IMG/VR virus record: IMGVR_UViG_2862413135_000001
Coordinates: 234 to 64,233 of that record
Direction: 5' to 3' (one strand)
Source: a virus
Lineage: Duplodnaviria; Caudoviricetes
DNA length: 64,000 nt
The position numbers and the translations under genes were made by a program. Position 1 is the stretch's first letter; each line of letters begins with the position of its first letter. Positions 27,574-34,874 of the stretch are shown here, piece after piece. The notes below the pieces were generated by a model. That model saw only the letters and a program-made list of their open reading frames with translations. It was not told the origin of the DNA and made no database searches.

Positions 27574-27867
27574 TCACCTCAGTCCGGGGTGCTGTTCGGG
27601 CGGCCGGGCCCGTCCGGGCCGGGGGTTGGCGCGCCGGGCGTCGTTCCCTTCCCGGCTGCTCTTCTGGTCGTGGCAGGGGCCGCACACGCCTTGCAGCCTG
27701 TCGTCCACATGAGCGTCGGTCTTGGCTTCGATGTGGTCGCAGTGCGTCGACGGCCGCACCCCGCAGACCTTGCAGACCGGATCACGGGCGAGGATCCGGG
27801 CCCGGATCTGCCGCCAGTTCGATGGCAGCCGGGCCTTGCGATCCGAGCCCTGCCAGCCGCCGCTCAC
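27574..27867 (-). CDS. HNH endonuclease (terminase-associated)
   Basis: RDPVCKVC...CDHI...LQGVCGPCHDQKS. Confidence 0.88.
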   Translation of the reverse strand: MSGGWQGSDRKARLPSNWRQIRARILARDPVCKVCGVRPSTHCDHIEAKTDAHVDDRLQGVCGPCHDQKSSREGNDARRANPRPGRARPPEQHPGLR

Positions 27868-28745
27868 GACGCGAGAGCCCGCCTGACGCCCTCTTCGAGG
27901 GTGACCTGTGGAGCGTAGAAGCCGAGCATCCGTCCCGGGTCGCACACCCGGTGGTGTACGCCGCGGGGCGCGTCGGTGCGGTGCTTGAGCTGAGGCCGGT
28001 ATCCGGCTCCGGCGCAGACGATGCGGGCGAGGTCGTCGAACGAGGTGGCCCTGCCCCAGCCGAGGTTGACCGGGCCGGTCACGTCAGCGTCCAGGCCGGC
28101 CAGGACCGCGCCGACGAGGTCGTCGATGTGGATCCAGTCCCGCGTGGAGTCGCCGCTCCCCCATATCTCGAAGGGGTCGTCGCGCCGCTTGGCCCGGGCG
28201 ACGAACGCCGGGAACGGGTACGCCTCGTCCTGGTCCTCGCCGTATCCGGAGAACGGCCGCGGGATCAGGATCCGGCAGCCCTCAGCGGCCGCATAGGCGG
28301 CGAGCTTCTCCCCCGTCAGCTTGGCCCAGCCGTAGGTGGCGTCGGGCTCTTCCGGGAACCGGGGGTCGATGTCCTCTTCGTACAGCTTGCGCACGTCGCC
28401 GGGCTGCTGGAGGGCGACCGGGTAGGCAGCGGAGCTGGAGAAGTACACGGCTCGCGGGGTGCCAGTGCGGACCAGCCAGCGCATGTACCAGGCGTCGAGT
28501 GCCAGGTTGGTGGCGACGCCGAGCGGGGATCCGTCGATGCTGGCCCGACCGCCGACGATGGCCGCGCAGTGGATCGCGAGGTCGTAGCGGGTGTCATCGG
28601 TGCGGAAGAAGTCGAGGGCATCGCCTTGCCGGACGAACACCGTCCCCGCTAGGTCGAGCCCGAGGACGTCGTCGCCCCGGTCGAGGAGTGCACGGTGCAG
28701 GTGGCGGCCGACGAAGCCGGACGCGCCCGTGAGGAGGACGCGCAT
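27864..28745 (-). CDS. NAD-dependent NDP-sugar epimerase/dehydratase (extended SDR)
   Basis: TGASGFVG, HCAA, SSSAAY, YGWAK, RDWIHIDD. Confidence 0.92.
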   Translation of the reverse strand: MRVLLTGASGFVGRHLHRALLDRGDDVLGLDLAGTVFVRQGDALDFFRTDDTRYDLAIHCAAIVGGRASIDGSPLGVATNLALDAWYMRWLVRTGTPRAVYFSSSAAYPVALQQPGDVRKLYEEDIDPRFPEEPDATYGWAKLTGEKLAAYAAAEGCRILIPRPFSGYGEDQDEAYPFPAFVARAKRRDDPFEIWGSGDSTRDWIHIDDLVGAVLAGLDADVTGPVNLGWGRATSFDDLARIVCAGAGYRPQLKHRTDAPRGVHHRVCDPGRMLGFYAPQVTLEEGVRRALAS

Positions 28746-29344
28746 CAGCTGCTCGCCTTCACGGCCCGGTAGACGCCCCACGGCAGCCCGCTGTCGACGG
28801 GCTCCAGGCCGATCCGCTTGCAGGCTTCGGTCTGCTGCTCGGCGGACCAGGTGGTGACGCCGATCCAGCTGGCCGCTTCGGCCGGCCGGTCGGAGACGGG
28901 CCAGTCGAGGACGAGGATCCCGCCGAGCTTGGTCGCGGCCCGCAGCTTGCCGACGATCGTGAGGCAGTCGTCGTAGCTGTGGTGGATGAGGACGGCCAGG
29001 CTGTACACGGCGTCCATGCGGCGCCGGCCCAGGTGAGCGGCGAGCCCGTCGGCTGCGGCGTGCACGGTGGTCATGGCCGGGGCGCAGTCGGCAAGCCGGT
29101 CGAGCATCCGCTGAGACGCGTCGACGGCGGTCACCTCGTAGCCGAGATCGGCCATGGGGATGGCGACGCGCCCGTCACCGCACCCGAAGTCGATCAGCTT
29201 CGCCCCGGCGGGAATGACAGCCGCCAGCAGCTTGGCCTGTGCTTCGCCGGACGCCCAGTAGGCCTCTTCGGAGACGCTGCGGGTGGGGTGGATGGCGTCG
29301 GGGTCGGCCTGGTCCCAGGCTGAGATGACGTCGTCGGCGCTCAT
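28745..29344 (-). CDS. class I SAM-dependent methyltransferase
   Basis: LIDFGCGDGRV motif I, VDAS..ML, VLIH, KLGGIL. Confidence 0.88.
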   Translation of the reverse strand: MSADDVISAWDQADPDAIHPTRSVSEEAYWASGEAQAKLLAAVIPAGAKLIDFGCGDGRVAIPMADLGYEVTAVDASQRMLDRLADCAPAMTTVHAAADGLAAHLGRRRMDAVYSLAVLIHHSYDDCLTIVGKLRAATKLGGILVLDWPVSDRPAEAASWIGVTTWSAEQQTEACKRIGLEPVDSGLPWGVYRAVKASS

Positions 29345-30039
29345 GCCACCTCCTCCACCAGGGCTCGCAGCTTGGCGAGGTCGGCTTCGAGACCGCCTTC
29401 GTCGCGGTAGGCGTAGTAGGCGGTGGCGTCGGCCGTGGCCTGCTCGGAGCTGTTGCACTCCTGATAGCCGGCGTCCATGGCGGCTTTGCCGTTCGCCGGG
29501 TGCATGTGCTCGATGACCACGTCGCCGAGGTAGGTGATCCGCTCCATACCGCGGCCCCAGTCGAGCCAGACCAGGTCGAGGCAGAGGTGCACGAGGGACG
29601 GCGGCGCCATGTAGCCGAGGGTCTGCACGATGTCGCTCGTCATGGCGGCCGCGGTGGGCATCTGCTCGCCCATGAGGAGGTCGTTGCCGTAGACGACGCC
29701 GGGCCCGCCGGAGAGGCAGACGCGGAAGCGCTCGTCCCAGCCGGCCGTGCGGGGCCGGTGGTCGTCTCCCATGAAGGCGAGGAACCGATAGCAGGCAGCC
29801 ATGGCGACGGCGGCCTCGTTGAGCGTGCCGCACAGTCGGAGCCGCGGCCCGGTCACCCAGTGGATCCCCGGCTGGTTGATCTGCTCCATGTGCTCGCGGT
29901 AGCCGGCGAGCATCGGGTCGTCGTCGTCGACGGCGAACAGGAGGTCGGCGGTGGCTCCGGTGTTCCGCCAGCAGTCGAGGATGGCGGGGACGCTGTCGGG
30001 CCGTCCGCGGGTCGGGATGATGACGAGGAGATCGTCCAT
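29341..30039 (-). CDS. glycosyltransferase family 2 (GT-A)
   Basis: VIIPTRGRP, VDDDD, FMGDDH, IEHMH. Confidence 0.85.
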   Translation of the reverse strand: MDDLLVIIPTRGRPDSVPAILDCWRNTGATADLLFAVDDDDPMLAGYREHMEQINQPGIHWVTGPRLRLCGTLNEAAVAMAACYRFLAFMGDDHRPRTAGWDERFRVCLSGGPGVVYGNDLLMGEQMPTAAAMTSDIVQTLGYMAPPSLVHLCLDLVWLDWGRGMERITYLGDVVIEHMHPANGKAAMDAGYQECNSSEQATADATAYYAYRDEGGLEADLAKLRALVEEVA

Positions 30040-30052
30040 GGCGCGGGCTCTC

Positions 30053-30343
30053 CTAGGTGATTCTCAACGTGCCGGCTTGGCGGGTGATGTTCTCGGCTCC
30101 GGGCGGGTCGACGGCGATCCACACCCGGTAGGTGCCGCGGGTGAGGGCGAGCGCTCCGCCGTCGGGCCCGACGAGCAACCGGGCTTCGCCGTCGGCCCAT
30201 TCGGCGTCGTGCCACTCGGCGTCGGTCGGGTTGTCGGCGTGGAGCACGATGGCGATCTGTACGGGCGCGCCGGTGAGGTCGACCCCGGCCGGGGCGGTGA
30301 CGGGGATGTGCAGGTACTCCGTCGAGGAGGCGGGGATCAGCAC
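30053..30343 (-). CDS. small Ig/BppU-like virion protein
   Basis: GVDLTG, GTYRVWIAV, GTLRIT. Confidence 0.55.
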   Translation of the reverse strand: MLIPASSTEYLHIPVTAPAGVDLTGAPVQIAIVLHADNPTDAEWHDAEWADGEARLLVGPDGGALALTRGTYRVWIAVDPPGAENITRQAGTLRIT

Positions 30344-31779
30344 GGTGCACCCACCTCCCAGCCGCTCGGGTGCGGGGCCTGCACGGTCCAGGCGGCCGCG
30401 TGCGGCTGCCCTGCCCTCCACGGGCTGTAGGGGGCGCCGATGGTGACGTCAACGTCGTCGTGGGATCCGAGTACGGCGCCGCTGGCGGTGAGCGCGGCCG
30501 TGGCGGCGAACGCCGCAGATCCTGCGGTCGCTGCCGTCCCTGCCGCCGCGAGCACCGCAGCAGCGTCCAGCGTGACCCCTACCGCCGCCGTCCGGACACC
30601 GGCGGCGGCGAGTCCCGCCCTGGCAGTGAGGGTGGCGGTGCCGAGCACGGGCGGCGCGCCGGTCGTCCCTTCGGCGGTGAGCGTGGCCGTCGCGGTCAGG
30701 GCGGCGGTCCCGCTGTAGCCGGCCTGCCCTTGCGCGGTCAGGCTGGCGGTCGCGTCCAGGCCGGCGGTGGTCGAGGCGCCGCGCAGTCCGGTCGCTGCGA
30801 GGCTCGCTTCGGCCGCGAGCGCCCCGTCGGCGGATGCGGCCCTCTGCCCGGTGGCTGTGAGGTCTGCTTCGGCGGCGAGCGCTACGCCCGCGCTGGCGCC
30901 GACCGCGCCTGCGGCGGCCAGGTCGGCTGAGGCGGCGAGGCCTGCGTCGCTCGACGCGCTCCGGACGCCGTCTGCGGCGAGGCTCGCCGACGCGGCCAGT
31001 GCGGCAGTCCCGGTTGTGGTGCGGGTGCCGCCTGCCGTGAGGGCGGCGGTGGCGGTCAGGCTCGTGTCGCCGCTGGCGGCCCGGACTCCGTCTGCAGTGA
31101 GGCCGGCCGTAACAGTCAGCGCTGCGGCACCTGCTGCGGCTCGCTGGCCGGAGGTGGCCAGGCTGGCGGTCGCGGTGAGCGCAGAGGCTCCCGCAGTACT
31201 GCGCGCACCGGCCGCGGACAGCGTGGCGCTGCCCGAGAGGGCCGCGTCGCCCGTGGTGCCGGAGGTGACGTCCCCCGCGGCGAAGTCGTCGAACTTGATC
31301 GCAGATGACGACTCGGAGCGCAGGCCGACGCTGGTCCCAGTGGGCACATTGGTGTCGGTGACCGAGACTCTCTGGATGCCGTTGACGAAGCCTTTGATGG
31401 TGCTGCCGACGGCCTGAATCTTCGCGACGTCGCCCGGCGCGGCGGCCACGGCGTAGCTGCCGATGCTGGTGAAGCTGCCACCGACGACGCTGAACAGGGT
31501 CCAGTTCGACCCGTCATTCCTCCACAGGTAGCCCTGGCTGATGTTCGAGTTGCCGCGGCACCACACGCCGTGGCTGACCGCCCCCGTGGCGGCGATCGTG
31601 ACCTGCGCGTAGTGGTCGTTGGTGGCCATCGCCCCGGCAGCGCGCAGGATGATCGTGCCGCCCGCCGAGCCGGGGCTCAACTGGCTGGAGACGATCGACC
31701 AGTCGCCGGAGACCTCGACCCAGCTGGCACCGAGGCTGGTGGAGTTGGCCCGGTTGAAGTCGTCGGTGAAGGTCGTCAT
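30337..31779 (-). CDS. fibre-like protein: lectin-like N-terminal domain plus 13 x 20-aa Ala/Thr/Ser repeats
   Basis: MTTFTDDFNRAN...DDFAAG beta-sandwich-type domain; repeated xLxAxAxLxAxG unit. Confidence 0.65.
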   Translation of the reverse strand: MTTFTDDFNRANSTSLGASWVEVSGDWSIVSSQLSPGSAGGTIILRAAGAMATNDHYAQVTIAATGAVSHGVWCRGNSNISQGYLWRNDGSNWTLFSVVGGSFTSIGSYAVAAAPGDVAKIQAVGSTIKGFVNGIQRVSVTDTNVPTGTSVGLRSESSSAIKFDDFAAGDVTSGTTGDAALSGSATLSAAGARSTAGASALTATASLATSGQRAAAGAAALTVTAGLTADGVRAASGDTSLTATAALTAGGTRTTTGTAALAASASLAADGVRSASSDAGLAASADLAAAGAVGASAGVALAAEADLTATGQRAASADGALAAEASLAATGLRGASTTAGLDATASLTAQGQAGYSGTAALTATATLTAEGTTGAPPVLGTATLTARAGLAAAGVRTAAVGVTLDAAAVLAAAGTAATAGSAAFAATAALTASGAVLGSHDDVDVTIGAPYSPWRAGQPHAAAWTVQAPHPSGWEVGAPC

Positions 31780-31797
31780 GGCGACGCCTCCAGGCCG

Positions 31798-32205
31798 CTA
31801 CGCGGATTGCGGAGTGAGCGCTACCCCGAGCGTGGACAGGGTGAAGGTGTCCGCGGACGCCCAGGCCTTCGACGCGGTCAGGGCGACCGAGAACAGAAAC
31901 GTCCCAGCGCTCGACGCCGTCCACACGGAGATATGAGTGAGCGTCTCCGACGTGCCGCCGTTCGTCCACGCCGACGGCGGCGTGCCCAGCGACAGCGCCG
32001 ATCCCGACGACGAGGACGAGAAGACGAAGCTGTTGCGGGTCGTCGAACCGACGCTGACGTTGGCGGTACCGGCCGCGCCCGGGTCGCCGGTGTGCAGCTG
32101 GACGAACGTCCCGGCGACCGCGCTGTAAGCGGCGCCGCCGTTGCCGGTCGTGCGGAGCGTGTTGAGCCAGCCGGACACCAGGCTGGGGGCGAGTCCTGCG
32201 GTCAC
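31798..32205 (-). CDS. small beta-rich phage fibre-type protein
   Basis: VQLHTGDPGAAGTAN, ETLTHISVWTASSAGTFLF motifs. Confidence 0.65.
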   Translation of the reverse strand: MTAGLAPSLVSGWLNTLRTTGNGGAAYSAVAGTFVQLHTGDPGAAGTANVSVGSTTRNSFVFSSSSSGSALSLGTPPSAWTNGGTSETLTHISVWTASSAGTFLFSVALTASKAWASADTFTLSTLGVALTPQSA

Positions 32206-32306
32206 TGCTCAGCCTCCTCAGGCTCCGGGTCGATGGCGTCGGGTTCGGGCTGGGCCGGGGTTACCTCGCCGGAGGCCTCCAGCCGCAGCACGTACTCATC
32301 GGGCAT
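32202..32306 (-). CDS. small acidic protein
   Basis: MPDEYVLRLEASGEVTPA..., RBS GGAGG, overlaps next start. Confidence 0.5.
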   Translation of the reverse strand: MPDEYVLRLEASGEVTPAQPEPDAIDPEPEEAEQ

Positions 32307-32366
32307 CGCAGCCTCCAGACGGGGAGTCCCGCCGTCCACGACGGGGTGGCAGGGACGACGGGACGA

Positions 32367-32594
32367 TCAGGCGGCGCGGGATGGACGACCGGGCTTGACC
32401 TGTGCGGCGGCCTCGACAGTCGGCAGGTGGTAGAGCGGCTGACCGCCTTCGAGGCGGACGCGCTCGATCTTCCCTCTGCTCTCCCAGACGCGGATGGTGC
32501 CGGGTTTCACGCCGGCCGCCCGCGCGGCTTCCCAGATGTCGCCGAGGTCGCGCTGATACAGCGCGTGCAGCTCGGGGTTGGGGAAGGTCGGCAT
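32367..32594 (-). CDS. MerR-type HTH protein
   Basis: EAARAAGVKPGTIRVWESRGKI...LYHL; RBS GGAGG. Confidence 0.78.
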   Translation of the reverse strand: MPTFPNPELHALYQRDLGDIWEAARAAGVKPGTIRVWESRGKIERVRLEGGQPLYHLPTVEAAAQVKPGRPSRAA

Positions 32595-32613
32595 GCCACC
32601 TCCCGGTATGCGA

Positions 32614-32646
32614 GAACCCTCGCCGGGATGCTCACGGCGGGGGTTC
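32614..32646. terminator. hairpin/terminator candidate
   Basis: GAACCCTCGCCG-loop-CGGCGGGGGTTC stem at left edge of accessory block. Confidence 0.5.
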
Positions 32647-32721
32647 GGGATGCGCTTGCGACGGGTGTTCCACCATCGATTCCGGAGGTTACAGTTTGAG
32701 CGATCAACTAGCAAGTAGGTG

Positions 32722-33048
32722 CTAGCAGTCGTCCTCGCACCCGCAGTCCTCGGGGAGCTGTTGGCAGTACGGACAGCGCCAGCAGTCGCAGCCGCACGGG
32801 CGCAGAAGGCCCACGCAGGAGCACTGGCACATGCCCTCGCCGCACGGTTCCTCCTCGACCTCATGGTCAGTGACGGTGTCATCGGTGGTGGCAAACCAGT
32901 CGCGCCCCTTGCGGGCGCTGTCCTGGCGGACCCAGTCGGCGATGAGGGTGCGGGCTTCGGCCTCGGATGAGGCGCGGACGGTTCCGGCGGCTTCGCCATC
33001 ATTGTGCTTGCCGTCGCCGACAACTGCCGACCAGTGGTAGGTCTTCAC
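32722..33048 (-). CDS. hypothetical protein with Cys-rich C-terminus
   Basis: 12 Cys in final 40 aa. Confidence 0.6.
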   Translation of the reverse strand: MKTYHWSAVVGDGKHNDGEAAGTVRASSEAEARTLIADWVRQDSARKGRDWFATTDDTVTDHEVEEEPCGEGMCQCSCVGLLRPCGCDCWRCPYCQQLPEDCGCEDDC

Positions 33049-33242
33049 CGCGCCCAGCGGCGGGGCTCGCATTCGGCGGCGGCACCGAGGATCTGAAAGG
33101 CGATCTCCTGTTCGTCGAATCCGGCTTTCTTGGCCTGCTCGACGAGCTTGTCGGCGGCCTTCTTGCTGCCGCGGCCGAGGATTCCGCCGCGCTGGAGCTG
33201 GCGGCCGGCTTCGCGGATCTGTTCGGGGGTGGGCTTGGGCAT
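33045..33242 (-). CDS. hypothetical protein
   Basis: MPKPTPEQIREAGRQL; RBS AAGGAG. Confidence 0.6.
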   Translation of the reverse strand: MPKPTPEQIREAGRQLQRGGILGRGSKKAADKLVEQAKKAGFDEQEIAFQILGAAAECEPRRWAR

Positions 33243-33250
33243 GGGTCTCC

Positions 33251-33748
33251 TTAGAGGTTGCGGGCGTGGGCGAGTTCGGCGGCGCGGTCGAGGTATCGGT
33301 CGGCGAGGTGGAGGGTGGCGCGCTGGTCGTTCCATGCGGGCACGGAGGTCGCGTCCGGGAAGTCGCGGCGAATCGCTTCGAAGAGGACGGTGACGGCGTC
33401 GTCGGCAGCCCCGGCGCTGGCGGCGGCCCGGATGGCTCCCATGAGGCAGACGGCGCCCTGTTCGTCGCGGAGCGCTCCGGCGCACCAGCCGTTGTTCTGC
33501 AGGTGGTTGCGGGCCCGCCACAGGGTGGCGGCTACGGGCGTCGGGTAGGGGCACGGCGCGATGGCAGGGGTGCGAAGGGGGGCGGCGTCGACGTGCGGGA
33601 TGGGGTCGATGGGGATATGGGCGGCGTTGACCTCGATGGCGGCGGAGGCGTTGGCGAGGCGCACGTTCATGGCGGCCTCGGCGAGGGCGAGCCGGGTCTC
33701 GAAGTCGAGGGCTGGCGCCGCGGCGGGGGACAGGACTGCGGTGGTCAC
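33251..33748 (-). CDS. DUF6197-like protein
   Basis: GWCAGAL...CLMGAI...AWND. Confidence 0.65.
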   Translation of the reverse strand: MTTAVLSPAAAPALDFETRLALAEAAMNVRLANASAAIEVNAAHIPIDPIPHVDAAPLRTPAIAPCPYPTPVAATLWRARNHLQNNGWCAGALRDEQGAVCLMGAIRAAASAGAADDAVTVLFEAIRRDFPDATSVPAWNDQRATLHLADRYLDRAAELAHARNL

Positions 33749-33930
33749 CGGCTGGCCTCGCCGTTCCCGCGGCACTCCTTGCAGGGCACGACCCGCTGGA
33801 CGCCGCCGAACGCGGTGTAGAGGACGCCGTTGCCGGTGCACTGCCAGCACAGTCCCTTGGCGGTCGCTTCGCCCGGGGAGAGGGCGCCGTTCCGGGCCTC
33901 CCACTGCTGGTCCGTCATGCGTGATGCCAT
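33745..33930 (-). CDS. small CxxCxGxG zinc-finger protein
   Basis: CWQCTGNG...CKECRGNG. Confidence 0.65.
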   Translation of the reverse strand: MASRMTDQQWEARNGALSPGEATAKGLCWQCTGNGVLYTAFGGVQRVVPCKECRGNGEASR

Positions 33931-33935
33931 GATGG

Positions 33936-34240
33936 TGATCTCCTGTTCGGTCTGGTTCGGGCAGGGTGGGCGGGGCGCCCCTGGTCGCTTCCAGGCATTC
34001 GAGGGGCGCCCCGGCGGAGCTACAGGTCTTCGCCGAAGCGGACGGCCATGGTGGCGTCGAGGAGCTCGGCGGCTTCGCTTCCATCGGTGGTGCGGGTGTC
34101 GAAGCGGGCGGTGACCTCGCGGACGATGCGGTCGGTGGTGGCGCGGTCGCCCCGCCTCTTCGCGGCGACGTAGTCCTTCACGGACTGGTGCTTGTACTGT
34201 GCTGCGGCCATCGGATGATCTCCTGTTCGATCTGGTTCGG
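33936..34240. repeat. 25-bp direct repeat flanking one small gene
   Basis: TGATCTCCTGTTCG(G/A)TCTGGTTCGG at 33936-33960 and 34216-34240; each copy contains an RBS. Confidence 0.8.
34020..34211 (-). CDS. hypothetical protein
   Basis: MAAAQYKHQSV; RBS AGGAG. Confidence 0.6.
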   Translation of the reverse strand: MAAAQYKHQSVKDYVAAKRRGDRATTDRIVREVTARFDTRTTDGSEAAELLDATMAVRFGEDL

Positions 34241-34246
34241 ACGGGG

Positions 34247-34651
34247 TCAGACGCGCCAGCCGCCGAGGCGACGGCGGGTCTTCGGGTCGGAGCTGTCGCG
34301 GACCTGCTTCTCCAGGCCGCGGATCTCCGCCTCGTCGAGGACGGCCTCGTAGCCCTTCGGGAGCGGGCCGGCGACCTGCGGGGCGGGGGCGGCGACGTTG
34401 CGGACACCGGCGGGCGGCGCGTCATAGACGGGCCCGGCGAGGCGGCAGAGGTCGACGGCGCTGTAGCCGGACTCGGTGCACGGGCTGCCGGTGAAGGGCA
34501 GCCGGCTGGTGAAGACGTGGGTGGAGGCGAGGTAGGGGTCCTCGTAGGGGGCGATGTTGCGGGCGACCTTCAGGACGACGTAGTAGGGCTTGCCGAGCTT
34601 GACCTCGCGGGCGAACCGCTTCGCGTCGCCGGGCTTCCAGGACTTGGGCAT
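34247..34651 (-). CDS. hypothetical protein
   Basis: MPKSWKPGDAKRF; RBS GGAG. Confidence 0.65.
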   Translation of the reverse strand: MPKSWKPGDAKRFAREVKLGKPYYVVLKVARNIAPYEDPYLASTHVFTSRLPFTGSPCTESGYSAVDLCRLAGPVYDAPPAGVRNVAAPAPQVAGPLPKGYEAVLDEAEIRGLEKQVRDSSDPKTRRRLGGWRV

Positions 34652-34691
34652 GGGTGAGGCTCCGTTTCTGGTTTGCGGTGATTTGTTCCCG

Positions 34692-34853
34692 CTGATCAGG
34701 TCTGCTCAGCGGGCGTTTGCGCAGGTCAGGGCTGCTCTAGAGTCTGATCAGGGGGCGCTCAGAGCAGTCGGTGAGCAGGTCGTGAGCAGTAGCGTGAGCG
34801 GCTGTGACCTGCGGTTTTGCGGCCTGATCAGGGCTGAGCAGGTCCTGATCAGG
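34692..34853. repeat. clt-like locus: array of short direct repeats downstream of traB
   Basis: About nine (C/G)TGA(T/G)CAG(G/T)-type copies at 34692, 34744, 34760, 34771, 34782, 34794, 34824, 34834, 34845. Confidence 0.7.
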
Positions 34854-34874
34854 GGTGCATTCTTCGCGTAACGG

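Noticed and set aside
27864-30039. DNA hypermodification cluster (GT + MTase + epimerase)
   Set aside because: No hydroxymethylase, TET/JBP, nucleotide kinase or DNA polymerase seen. The MTase lacks DNA-MTase motifs (DPPY/NPPY/PC), and the genes are coupled to structural-type genes.
17061-30052. Shared GGAG..CCCGCGCCATG leader before tail chaperone and GT2
   Set aside because: Short GC-rich RBS spacer seen only twice; plausible by chance.
34692-34853. CRISPR array
   Set aside because: Repeats are 8-9 bp with irregular short spacing; no 25-40 bp repeat-spacer structure and no cas genes anywhere in the window.
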